Below are positions 7,856 through 16,848 of a stretch of 27,351 nt of DNA, one piece after another. This stretch comes from a virus (taxonomy: Duplodnaviria > Caudoviricetes): IMG/VR virus record IMGVR_UViG_3300016484_000374, positions 1 through 27,351 of that record. The stretch is one strand, 5' to 3'. Under the pieces are notes generated by a model, which worked only from the letters and a program-made list of their open reading frames with translations, had not been told where the DNA came from and made no database searches. How positions within the stretch are numbered: position 1 is the stretch's first letter; each line of letters begins with the position of its first letter. The translations under genes were made by a program, and so were the position numbers.

Positions 7856-8999
7856 TGTGTCATTGCATAAAACGCAAAAGCAAGTGATTGAACAGCGCAA
7901 AAGATTCAACACAATTAGATGTGGCAGGCGTTGGGGAAAATCAACATTGGCATTTGCATTGGCACTTGAAACAATGGTGCAGCACAAAGGAAGTAAAGTG
8001 CTATACACAGCACCATCAAATGAAGAATTGAAAGGCAGGGAGCAGGAAGCACAACAGATGTTTTTGAAACTTGGTGCTGAATGCAAACAAGGTGAAATAA
8101 GACTTGGTGAATCAATCCTGAATTTGAAAGGCATTTGGCGTGCTGATGCATTGCGTGGAAACAAATATCATAGAATGATTTGTGATGAGTGGGCACATTG
8201 TGAAAATGCAGAAGATGATTGGAATTTTGTCTTGAGCCCTATGCTTACAGATTACAAAGGTGATTCATATTTCTTTTCAACACCAAAAGGAAAGAATCAT
8301 TTTCACCACCTTGACAATTTTGAAAATACATATGATGATTGGAAGTCATTTCATTATTCGACATATGAAAATCCTTTGATGGATGCTGATGAAATTGAAA
8401 GGCAAAAATCAATATTGCCATCAATTGTTTTTGCACAGGAATACTTGGCAGAATATGTTGATAGGGATGCAGCAAAAGTCAAAAGGGAATGGATCAGGAT
8501 ATCAAATGTATTGGAGTCACAGGCATACTATATTGGCGTGGATTTGGCAATCAGTGAAAAAGAAAATGCTGACTATACTGCAATCTGTGTCATTGGCATC
8601 ACAGCGAAAAAGGAAATTGTGATTGTGGATGTAATTCGTGGGCGTTGGTCATTTGTTGAAATTGGTGAAAAGATTGTGCAAATGGAAAACAAATGGAAAC
8701 CGAAGGTTGTGGCAATTGAATCGAATCAGGCACAGGCATGGTTGGTTCAGGAATTAAAACGAAACACACGAATGAATGTAATTGGCATTCCGTCCACAAA
8801 AGACAAGATGATTCGCTTTCAACCGATTGAAGCAAAATATGAAAGAGGGCTTGTATATCATGTGCCACATCTTTTGCCTGAATTCACAGATGAATTGCTA
8901 TCATTTACCGGCACGAAACAAGACAGGCATGATGATATGATTGATGCCTTGTCAATGGCATTCAGTGCAATTAGAAAAACACCATCAGTACATGTATAG
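7845..8999 (+). CDS. terL: Terminase large subunit
   Basis: Walker A GRRWGKS, Walker B MICDE, coupling motif STPKG, RNase H-like GVDLA and DDMIDA. Confidence 0.95.
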   Translation: MQVDVSLHKTQKQVIEQRKRFNTIRCGRRWGKSTLAFALALETMVQHKGSKVLYTAPSNEELKGREQEAQQMFLKLGAECKQGEIRLGESILNLKGIWRADALRGNKYHRMICDEWAHCENAEDDWNFVLSPMLTDYKGDSYFFSTPKGKNHFHHLDNFENTYDDWKSFHYSTYENPLMDADEIERQKSILPSIVFAQEYLAEYVDRDAAKVKREWIRISNVLESQAYYIGVDLAISEKENADYTAICVIGITAKKEIVIVDVIRGRWSFVEIGEKIVQMENKWKPKVVAIESNQAQAWLVQELKRNTRMNVIGIPSTKDKMIRFQPIEAKYERGLVYHVPHLLPEFTDELLSFTGTKQDRHDDMIDALSMAFSAIRKTPSVHV

Positions 9000-9009
9000 G
9001 ATTTGAATA

Positions 9010-11046
9010 ATGTCACTTTACAACAACATTCTTGAAAGAGTCAAATTCATTGCAGGTGGAATTGCAGAAAAACGCAATAAACCACCAATAGCATACTTGA
9101 ATGATGGCAGGGGCATGACAAGTCAATCATCAGGAAATGAATTGACTGTGAGTGCTTATGGCACTGTTTTCGCGTGTTTGCAAATGAGAGCCAATGGACT
9201 CATGTCAGTTGAGATGGAATCATTCAGGGAATTGAATTGGGAAAAAGAAGAACTTGCAAATAGTCATTGGATAAATAGACTGTTGTCAAATCCAAATCCA
9301 TATTTCACTACATCGCAAATTTTCAAGGGCATTTCAAATTGGTATGATGTCAATGGGAATGTTTTTCTATGGACACCAACATTAGGGCATGATGTGCCAT
9401 TGCAGATGTGGGTGCTCAATCCAACACGCATGAGAGTTGTAAGGGGTGGTGATAATTTCATCAAGAAATATGTCTATCAATCCGCAAATGATGGTGCATT
9501 TGAAATTCCTGAAAATGAAATATGCCACATTGCAAATATCTTTCCATCATCTGCAAAGCCAGATGAACTTATTGGCATGAATATATTTGGGCGCGGTCTT
9601 GTTTCCGCTGTTTTGCCATATGCACAAATAGATGGTGAAGTGTCTGACTATCTTCAAAGATTGTTTGCCAATAATGCCGTGCCACCATTGGTTGTGACAT
9701 CCACAGAGAATGTGGATGCTGAATTGTGGCAATCATTGAAAGAGCAATGGAATGAGGCTTTGCCAAATTACAAATTGCGTGCTTTGTTATCCGGTGGACT
9801 GAATATGTCTTTGCCACCTGAAATGCAAATCGGTATTTCATACGATTCAGTTTCAAAGGATGTCAGGTCACAGATTGCACAGGTGTTTGGGGTGCCATCA
9901 GGAATGCTTACAGGTGAATTCCAAAACAGGGCAACAGCAGAAGTGCAATATGCAGTTTTCAGACAGCAGACAATTGATCCTGTTGCCATGTATATTGCAG
10001 AAGAATTGACAAGACATTTCAGAAGATTTGAAGATGATGTTTTGATTCAGGCACAGCCATATGAATTTGCTGACATTGATTCCCAAATAAAACAAGAGGA
10101 ATTTGAATTGAAATATGGCATCAAAACAATCAATGATGCAAGGCGTGAAAGGGGATATGATGCAATCAATGGTGGTGATGTTCCAATGCTTGTCAATGGC
10201 TTGGTTCCGATTGATACGGTAGTGAATGTCCCTGCACCTGTTTCCGTTCAACCACGGGCTTTGCAGGGGGCAAATTTAGGCATTGTCCCGCGTTCATTCC
10301 CTATGCAAACAGCAGAGGCGAGAGCAGAACATTGGAGACAATATGATGAAATGTCACAAAGCATATCAGGAAAATTGGGAATCATTGTGAAATCATTTGT
10401 CAATGAATTCAACCAAGAAACAATGAATGCAATAGAGAATGGACAGGAACCTGTTGTATCTTATGGATTGAATGCAAATCAGCAACAGCAATTGCAAAAG
10501 GTGGTGAATGAATCAGTTGAAACGGTCACACAAAAAATCTTGAAAGAGTTTTCAATGGGTAAAGAGGATTTGACAGGTGAACTTGGACAGCAATTGCAAT
10601 CAATGTCAAGGGAATTGAATTCCAAGATTGTTGCATCAGTTAGTGATTCAATGGATTTGATTAAACAAGATGTAATTGAAACAATTGCAGAAAATGCAAC
10701 ACAGCCAAAGGAAGTGATTGAAGAAATTTTGCAAAGAGAATTCAAAACGCTTTCAACGTCACGTGTTCAAATGATTGCACAGACAACAGCAACATCAGTT
10801 ACAACAGGCACGCAAAAGACTGTGTTCAAATCATTCAAAGTCAAATCAATGTGGAATACGGAAAGGGATGGCAGGGTGAGACCATCACACAAAGCAATTG
10901 ATGGACAAATTGAAAATGAACTTGGTTGGTTCAAATTTGATGATGGTTCATTGATTGACAGACCTGCAGGTGAATCGCAGGGTGGCACAACAGTCAAGGC
11001 ATCAAATGTAGTTAGGTGCAGATGTTATTTGTTTCCGGTGCAATAA
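9010..11046 (+). CDS. HK97-family portal protein fused to a C-terminal MuF/SPP1 gp7-like domain
   Basis: Portal motifs (LLSNPNP, GNVF, LNP, IAQVFGVP, TINDAR); C-terminal W...DGRVRPSH..IDG...CRC MuF motif. Confidence 0.9.
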   Translation: MSLYNNILERVKFIAGGIAEKRNKPPIAYLNDGRGMTSQSSGNELTVSAYGTVFACLQMRANGLMSVEMESFRELNWEKEELANSHWINRLLSNPNPYFTTSQIFKGISNWYDVNGNVFLWTPTLGHDVPLQMWVLNPTRMRVVRGGDNFIKKYVYQSANDGAFEIPENEICHIANIFPSSAKPDELIGMNIFGRGLVSAVLPYAQIDGEVSDYLQRLFANNAVPPLVVTSTENVDAELWQSLKEQWNEALPNYKLRALLSGGLNMSLPPEMQIGISYDSVSKDVRSQIAQVFGVPSGMLTGEFQNRATAEVQYAVFRQQTIDPVAMYIAEELTRHFRRFEDDVLIQAQPYEFADIDSQIKQEEFELKYGIKTINDARRERGYDAINGGDVPMLVNGLVPIDTVVNVPAPVSVQPRALQGANLGIVPRSFPMQTAEARAEHWRQYDEMSQSISGKLGIIVKSFVNEFNQETMNAIENGQEPVVSYGLNANQQQQLQKVVNESVETVTQKILKEFSMGKEDLTGELGQQLQSMSRELNSKIVASVSDSMDLIKQDVIETIAENATQPKEVIEEILQREFKTLSTSRVQMIAQTTATSVTTGTQKTVFKSFKVKSMWNTERDGRVRPSHKAIDGQIENELGWFKFDDGSLIDRPAGESQGGTTVKASNVVRCRCYLFPVQ

Positions 11047-11048
11047 TC

Positions 11049-12383
11049 ATGGCAGGATATAAACCAACAGAAGGCATGAAGATTGAAGCACAACGAGCTC
11101 TCGATTGGGTTGATGAAGGCAGGCGCGGTGGCACTCGCATTGGAAAGATTCGTGCAAGACAAATTGTAGCAGGTGAAGATCTATCCTATGATACCGTGTT
11201 GCGTATGTACTCATTTTTTGCAAGACATGAAGTTGATAAAAAAGCAGAAGGATTTGAACCTGATGAAAAAGGCTATCCATCGGCAGGTCGTGTTGCGTGG
11301 GGTTTATGGGGTGGTGATGCAGGATATACATGGTCAAAGAATATAAGAGACAAGGAACAGGCAAAACAAAACAAAGGAATACAAATGAGTAATATTATTC
11401 ACCGCGAATTCAATCTTGTAAAACGCTGTGGCGAAGATTATGAGAATGAAGGAATGGAACCAAAAGATGATGGCATATGGTCATTCACAATCAGCACACC
11501 TGATGTGGATAGATATGGAACCATCATTGTGCCATCAGGCATAGACTATACAGCATACATGAATAATCCTGTTGTGCTTATCAATCACAAATCAGACTAT
11601 TTGCCAATTGGTAAGTGCTTAGGATTTTTCCTGAATGGTGAGAATTTGGAAGCAACAATCCAATTGGATATGAATGATGAAAAGGCATGTAAAGTCAATG
11701 ACAAAATCAAGAATGGTTTTGTGAATGCAGTATCAGTAGGCATCATTCCAATTGAACAGACAGAGCAGACAATTGATGGTGAGAAAGTCGTGACATATAC
11801 CAAATCAGAATTGGTTGAATTTAGCGTTGTGACTATTCCTGCAAATAGAGATGCATTGATAAAAAAGACATTTGAGAATCAGCAAGAAAAAACATATAAA
11901 CAGATTTTGAAACGAATTGGAATCAAGAGAATGTTAACACCTGAACAAGTTGTTGCCATTGAAGAACAATTGCTTCCTGTCATCAAGGAAGCAGCATTGC
12001 TATTCTTGAAAGAGGAATTGCAAATTGATGAAACATTGGCAACTCAAGCAGCAGATGAAGGAACAATGGCAATGGCAGAAAAAGTCATGTCCATTTTGAA
12101 TCCTGATGCAACTCCAGAAGTTGAACCACAGGTTGAACCTGAACCTGCAACAGCGGACCCAAAATCACCAGAAGCAACGCCTGTTGCTGCATCATTCGAA
12201 ACAAGAGCGGGACGCAAAATCAGTGCCACAACAATGGCAATGATTATGGAAGGTGTGGGAATGATAAACGAGGGCAATAAAAAAATCACAAAAGCCATCA
12301 ACACAGAAAGAGGATTCAATATCCCAACAATCAAAAAATTGACAGCAGATGAAATTTTGGAATCTATCAAAGGAAACAACTAA
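11049..12383 (+). CDS. HK97-type prohead protease with N-terminal extra domain and acidic C-terminal scaffold-like region
   Basis: DRYG, VLINH, PIGK, AVSVG, LVEFSVVTIPAN motifs; alternative in-frame starts at 11385 and 11931. Confidence 0.9.
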   Translation: MAGYKPTEGMKIEAQRALDWVDEGRRGGTRIGKIRARQIVAGEDLSYDTVLRMYSFFARHEVDKKAEGFEPDEKGYPSAGRVAWGLWGGDAGYTWSKNIRDKEQAKQNKGIQMSNIIHREFNLVKRCGEDYENEGMEPKDDGIWSFTISTPDVDRYGTIIVPSGIDYTAYMNNPVVLINHKSDYLPIGKCLGFFLNGENLEATIQLDMNDEKACKVNDKIKNGFVNAVSVGIIPIEQTEQTIDGEKVVTYTKSELVEFSVVTIPANRDALIKKTFENQQEKTYKQILKRIGIKRMLTPEQVVAIEEQLLPVIKEAALLFLKEELQIDETLATQAADEGTMAMAEKVMSILNPDATPEVEPQVEPEPATADPKSPEATPVAASFETRAGRKISATTMAMIMEGVGMINEGNKKITKAINTERGFNIPTIKKLTADEILESIKGNN

Positions 12384-13597
12384 TGAATAGTAATATCATA
12401 ACAACAACAAAAGAGGATTTGACAAAGGCGATTGAATCCCGTGCAAATGAAATTGCAACAGAGAGAATGAGAACAATCAATCCAATGAATGCACCACAGG
12501 TTGGATATGTCAAAGTCAAAGCAGACCATGACACAAAGAATGAACAGGCACGCATTGTTGGTGAATATATCACAGCATTGACAAAAGGCAAATTGGGTGT
12601 TGCAGAAGATATTGCAAACAGAGCAAATGAAAAATATATCACACGCGCAAATTTCAACACAGGCACAAATGCAGAAGGTGGATTTGCGGTTCCACAATTT
12701 TGGGTTGAAGACATTATGTCTTTTGCTGATAGATTTGGATATGCAAGAGCACTTGCAAAAATCTATCCAATGCGTGGCAAAGTTGAAAACATCACATCAT
12801 CAGGTGCATTTAGTGCAGCCGTTGTTGCCGAAGGTTCATCACTCACATTGACAGATAGTGCAAATTTCTATACAGGGACAGCACTCACAGCAAAGAAAAT
12901 TGTTGGTGGATGCATTGTATCTGATGAACAATTGCGTGATGCAACACCCGCATTCCTTGACTATACAATCCAAGGTCTTGCACAGGCAATTGCAGAAGCA
13001 GAAGACAAGCAATTTTTCAAAGGCACAGGAAATGCACCTGAATTCACAGGTTGCACAGTATTGTCAGGAACATCAGTAATCAGACAAGGTGGCGCAAACA
13101 ATTCAGGCAAAACATCATTTGGTTCAATCTCATGGAAAGACTTGATCAATCTTCGTCTTGGTGTGAATTCAGGCGTTGGTGCAAATGGTGTATTTGTTGT
13201 GCCACAATCTGTATTTGGTTTCCTTTTGAAAGAAACTGATGCAGTAAATGGCCGTCCGATTTGGGATATGATTCGTCCTTTGGAAGTAACATCAATTGGA
13301 CTCACAGCACTTGAAAACAATACCTATGTAACACCAACAGGCAGACCAATGCATGTTGTGCCTGATTCATTGTTTGCAACATCAGCAGCAAATACAACAT
13401 CAGCAGTCTATGCAGATTTTTCACAGTATTCAATTCTTGGTATTCGTGAGGATATCACAGTTGATGAATACAAAGAATATTTTGCAGCAACAGGTTTGGG
13501 TGGCACACAACAGCGTGGAATCATGGTGACAGAATCAATTGGAATTGCATTCCCTGCACCATCAGCAATTGGCGTTTTGAAAACATCAACAACCTAA
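12383..13597 (+). CDS. Major capsid protein, HK97 fold
   Basis: GGFAVP motif after a ~90 aa helical leader; VAEG; AEDKQFFKGTG; GRPI; AAAGGA upstream. Confidence 0.95.
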   Translation: MNSNIITTTKEDLTKAIESRANEIATERMRTINPMNAPQVGYVKVKADHDTKNEQARIVGEYITALTKGKLGVAEDIANRANEKYITRANFNTGTNAEGGFAVPQFWVEDIMSFADRFGYARALAKIYPMRGKVENITSSGAFSAAVVAEGSSLTLTDSANFYTGTALTAKKIVGGCIVSDEQLRDATPAFLDYTIQGLAQAIAEAEDKQFFKGTGNAPEFTGCTVLSGTSVIRQGGANNSGKTSFGSISWKDLINLRLGVNSGVGANGVFVVPQSVFGFLLKETDAVNGRPIWDMIRPLEVTSIGLTALENNTYVTPTGRPMHVVPDSLFATSAANTTSAVYADFSQYSILGIREDITVDEYKEYFAATGLGGTQQRGIMVTESIGIAFPAPSAIGVLKTSTT

Positions 13598-13615
13598 TTT
13601 TTTGAATGAATGAAA

Positions 13616-13641
13616 GGATGCAGGGCACATGTCTTGCATCC
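13616..13641 (+). promoter_or_regulatory. Stem-loop downstream of the capsid gene (attenuator or mRNA stabiliser)
   Basis: GGATGCAGGGC-ACAT-GTCTTGCATCC, 11 bp with two G-U pairs; no strong U-tract. Confidence 0.6.
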
Positions 13642-13662
13642 GATTATTCAAAGGAATGAAAT

Positions 13663-13836
13663 ATGATACATGCAAAAGTTTTGAAACCATTTGGTGGGTT
13701 GGATGAAGGCAGAATCACTGAATTGAATGATGCTGATTTTGCCAAGTTAGAAGAAAAAGGATATGTAGTTAGAGAGGATGCAAAGGCATCGGAACCATCA
13801 AAGAAAACATCAGACAAAAAGGCAAATACAAAATGA
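13663..13836 (+). CDS. Small protein (57 aa) after the capsid gene, absent from the ORF track
   Basis: MIHAKVLKPFGGLDEGRITELNDADFAKLEEKGYV...NTK; AAAGGA upstream; stop overlaps the next ATG (ATGA). Confidence 0.75.
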   Translation: MIHAKVLKPFGGLDEGRITELNDADFAKLEEKGYVVREDAKASEPSKKTSDKKANTK

Positions 13837-14459
13837 GTTATTCAACGGCATACCCAAGATTGCAGGCATCATTCTTTCAATACAATAACTTGGAATTATC
13901 AGGCGATCAATCAGCAGAGGATGCCGTATTGTATGAATGGTTTGATGAGATTTTTGATATATGCTATGCAGAGGCTGAATCATATTGTGGTCAGCCCTTG
14001 CGTGCATCATCTGTCAATTATGTTTTTACGCATTTACAGGCTCGTCACGGCTTGGAAAGTGAACACAGGTGGAAATATATCCCCTATACAGCAAACACGG
14101 CTTTGACAGCATTGCAATGGAAGGCGGATGAATTTGCAACCTATTCAAATGTGAGTGCTCAAAATTATGCATTCAGCACAGACAATGGACTAAATTTCGT
14201 GATATATCGGAACATCAATTCAGGAATGTTCCGTGCAACATTGTCCACAGGTTACACAGATGCAACAATGCCAAATAGTATATTGCAAGGCATTACAGAA
14301 ATGGCATCATGGATATACAAGAATTCGGCATCAGGTGGCAATTGGTTTGGATTGAATTCAGTTGCAACAGGCGGGGCAGGTCAGAATGTGAATGCATCCA
14401 TCAACACTGATATCAAATGGCAAAGACATTTTGAAAAATTCAGGATAGCAACAGTCTAA
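13833..14459 (+). CDS. Head-tail connector/adaptor protein
   Basis: AESYCGQ and GY...P..I.Q motifs of gp6/gp15-like adaptors; position after capsid. Confidence 0.7.
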   Translation: MSYSTAYPRLQASFFQYNNLELSGDQSAEDAVLYEWFDEIFDICYAEAESYCGQPLRASSVNYVFTHLQARHGLESEHRWKYIPYTANTALTALQWKADEFATYSNVSAQNYAFSTDNGLNFVIYRNINSGMFRATLSTGYTDATMPNSILQGITEMASWIYKNSASGGNWFGLNSVATGGAGQNVNASINTDIKWQRHFEKFRIATV

Positions 14460-15049
14460 TGTTCACAAAGGAACAAATCACAAACATTATCAGACCTGTT
14501 GTATCAGATCAGTTGCAACAGTTTCCTGCATTCATGCAATTATCAATTGCAAAGTTTATCAAGAATCAAGGCGCAACAGGTGGTGCAACAAATCGCGCTC
14601 CTGTTTTCAATACAGGCAATACATTGTTTTCAGTTAGTGGTGGATTGTTCAAATCATTCATCAAGAATAAAGAATTCAACATATACCGTGCATCACAATC
14701 AGGAAGTCAATTCACATTGGAATATGGGAGCAGTATTCCATATGCAAGAATTCATGAAGTTGGTGGATTCATCAATGCAATCAAAAGGGCATCATCAGTA
14801 AAACGCAAAAAAGAAACTTATGTGATGGCACAATTCTTTTGGCGAAAATACATGGAAACAAAAGCACCATTTTTCATGCGTATTGCTTTGTCAATTGAAA
14901 AAAAAGGCGGTGTCAATATGAAAGCAAGACCATATTGGAAACCTGCAATTGAAGATTTCAAAAGGAATGGACAGCCAAGATTTGAAAAGCAAATGAAACA
15001 AGCAATTGTGCAAGGCATTATTGAACTGCAAAACAGAACACGGAATTAA
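14459..15049 (+). CDS. Virion morphogenesis/neck protein (Mu gpG / HK97 gp10-like)
   Basis: SG.L..S, YGS..PYARIHE.GG and M.ARPYW.PA motifs. Confidence 0.75.
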   Translation: MFTKEQITNIIRPVVSDQLQQFPAFMQLSIAKFIKNQGATGGATNRAPVFNTGNTLFSVSGGLFKSFIKNKEFNIYRASQSGSQFTLEYGSSIPYARIHEVGGFINAIKRASSVKRKKETYVMAQFFWRKYMETKAPFFMRIALSIEKKGGVNMKARPYWKPAIEDFKRNGQPRFEKQMKQAIVQGIIELQNRTRN

Positions 15050-15052
15050 AAC

Positions 15053-15514
15053 ATGTCAAGAGAAAAACACCTTACCGATGCCATCACAAATCAATTGAAT
15101 ACCATGTCAGGTGTGAAAGTATATGAACAAATACTGTTGCACAAATATGAATCATATGGCTTTGATTATGTAGGCATTTATGGAAGCACTGATGAAAGAT
15201 TCACAGAGTCTTTGGAAGATATGTCTGCTGTTTCTGATTTGGGCAAAATTGATATCTATCTTTTGCTTGGAAATGCAGTCAAGAAACAACCAACACTTGG
15301 CAAGGCATCACTAAGATATGCCATGCAAGATTTGGCAGAAAAAGTTGAATGGTGCTTGACAGATATGGATGTTGAAAAATATGTATCTGATTATGAACAA
15401 ACGACATTTTCTTCAGTGCATTTTATTGCATCGGAACCTGTCACATTTTCAGATGATGAAACAAAGGGATTGACAATGATGACATTCAGAATTTTTTATA
15501 CAAGGATATCATGA
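15053..15514 (+). CDS. Putative tail terminator/completion protein
   Basis: 153 aa acidic alpha/beta protein in the canonical position; mostly positional. Confidence 0.55.
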   Translation: MSREKHLTDAITNQLNTMSGVKVYEQILLHKYESYGFDYVGIYGSTDERFTESLEDMSAVSDLGKIDIYLLLGNAVKKQPTLGKASLRYAMQDLAEKVEWCLTDMDVEKYVSDYEQTTFSSVHFIASEPVTFSDDETKGLTMMTFRIFYTRIS

Positions 15515-16197
15515 AAGAACAATTGCTATCAGTTTGTGTGATGCATCCAAAAGAATGCAATCTATCAATGCTGATTTCAAGATTGCCAAAAGATGCACAG
15601 ATTGTTTCATGCACAATTGAAAAAGTGGATGAATACGAAAAGCAATTTGAATTGATTGCAGACACGCCTAAGATTGTGACATTGCAATACAAATACAAAT
15701 CATATGATGTTGATTTTGATTTCAGTGCAATTCGCAATATGATGGATTTTTATGCATCAGGGAAATGGGTATTGCATATTGATTCAGATGAATATATTGC
15801 AAATCATCCTGATGATGTCATTGATGAAATTCAATCAATGGAAGCAGAAGGAGTTGTTGCCGGTTGGACATCAATTGCAGGCATCACTTTTGACAAACCG
15901 ATTGATGGCAATATTCGTGAAAGATATGCATTGCACAATTGTAGATTGTTCAAAAAGAATTCAGGTATCAATTGGGAAGGGATATGCCATGAGATACCAA
16001 CAACCAATGGAAATGAATTGCCGTTCCATGATACAAATATCATATTGATTCATGATGGATATGCTATTGATGAAATTGCATTCAATCCAAAAGCAGAAAG
16101 AAACGCAAAATTGCTGATTCGAGAATATACAAGAAAACCCACACAAAGGGTTTGGAATTATTTAGTCAAGACATTTACACATTTAAGCAAGGAATAA
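15511..16197 (+). CDS. Glycosyltransferase family 2 (SunS-like protein glycosyltransferase type)
   Basis: LSVC, DFSAIRN, WVLHIDSDE (DxD), RLFK...WEG.CHE, IHDGY, K.ERN..LL. Confidence 0.85.
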   Translation: MKEQLLSVCVMHPKECNLSMLISRLPKDAQIVSCTIEKVDEYEKQFELIADTPKIVTLQYKYKSYDVDFDFSAIRNMMDFYASGKWVLHIDSDEYIANHPDDVIDEIQSMEAEGVVAGWTSIAGITFDKPIDGNIRERYALHNCRLFKKNSGINWEGICHEIPTTNGNELPFHDTNIILIHDGYAIDEIAFNPKAERNAKLLIREYTRKPTQRVWNYLVKTFTHLSKE

Positions 16198-16201
16198 AAC
16201 T

Positions 16202-16771
16202 ATGTTAGTTGGAGGCGCAAATCATACCGATTTCTTTACAGCATTTGAATCCAATGGTGTACCATTGTGGGCAACCACAACAGTGCCATTGATTTCATTG
16301 ACAAAGAAAATCAAGACATCAGTAACACGTACAAATTTCACAATTGATCAAAATGAAGATGATCCTGCATTGACAGCATTTTTGACTGACTATGCACCAC
16401 AAACACAGGCAGCATCGGATTCAGGTGAATATGAAGATGGAGTCAAATTTAATTCAGCAACAGCAGCATCACAAACACTTGGCAAAATTACCTATGGTGC
16501 AAAATATGCAGGTACAGTTGCAGCATATCAAAACAAAAGAAAAGTTGTTGTCATGCTTTGCAAATTGGCACAAGATGTTGGTGCATTCGATATGGAATCA
16601 GGAAAATACACAAAGCCAAAAGTTGGTGGTGAAATTGTGAACAATGATACATTTGTCACAGTGCCATCATCAGCGTTTCAAAGTAAGTTTGTTGCATTTG
16701 GAACAGCGGTAACTTATGTGACAATTCCAGAGGACAGAGGATATGTTGAATTATGGATAACTGCATCCTAA
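16202..16771 (+). CDS. Putative major tail tube protein
   Basis: 189 aa T/A/S-rich; AAGGA upstream; followed by a terminator, chaperone pair and tape measure. Confidence 0.65.
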   Translation: MLVGGANHTDFFTAFESNGVPLWATTTVPLISLTKKIKTSVTRTNFTIDQNEDDPALTAFLTDYAPQTQAASDSGEYEDGVKFNSATAASQTLGKITYGAKYAGTVAAYQNKRKVVVMLCKLAQDVGAFDMESGKYTKPKVGGEIVNNDTFVTVPSSAFQSKFVAFGTAVTYVTIPEDRGYVELWITAS

Positions 16772-16784
16772 TTGATTGAATTAC

Positions 16785-16823
16785 GGCAGGGCATAGAAAT
16801 GTGCCCTGTCTTTTGTTTTGTTT
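16785..16823 (+). terminator. Intrinsic terminator after the tail tube gene
   Basis: GGCAGGGCATA-GAAA-TGTGCCCTGTC followed by TTTTGTTTTGTTT. Confidence 0.85.
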
Positions 16824-16848
16824 AACTACGGGCATTTATAGGGCATTT

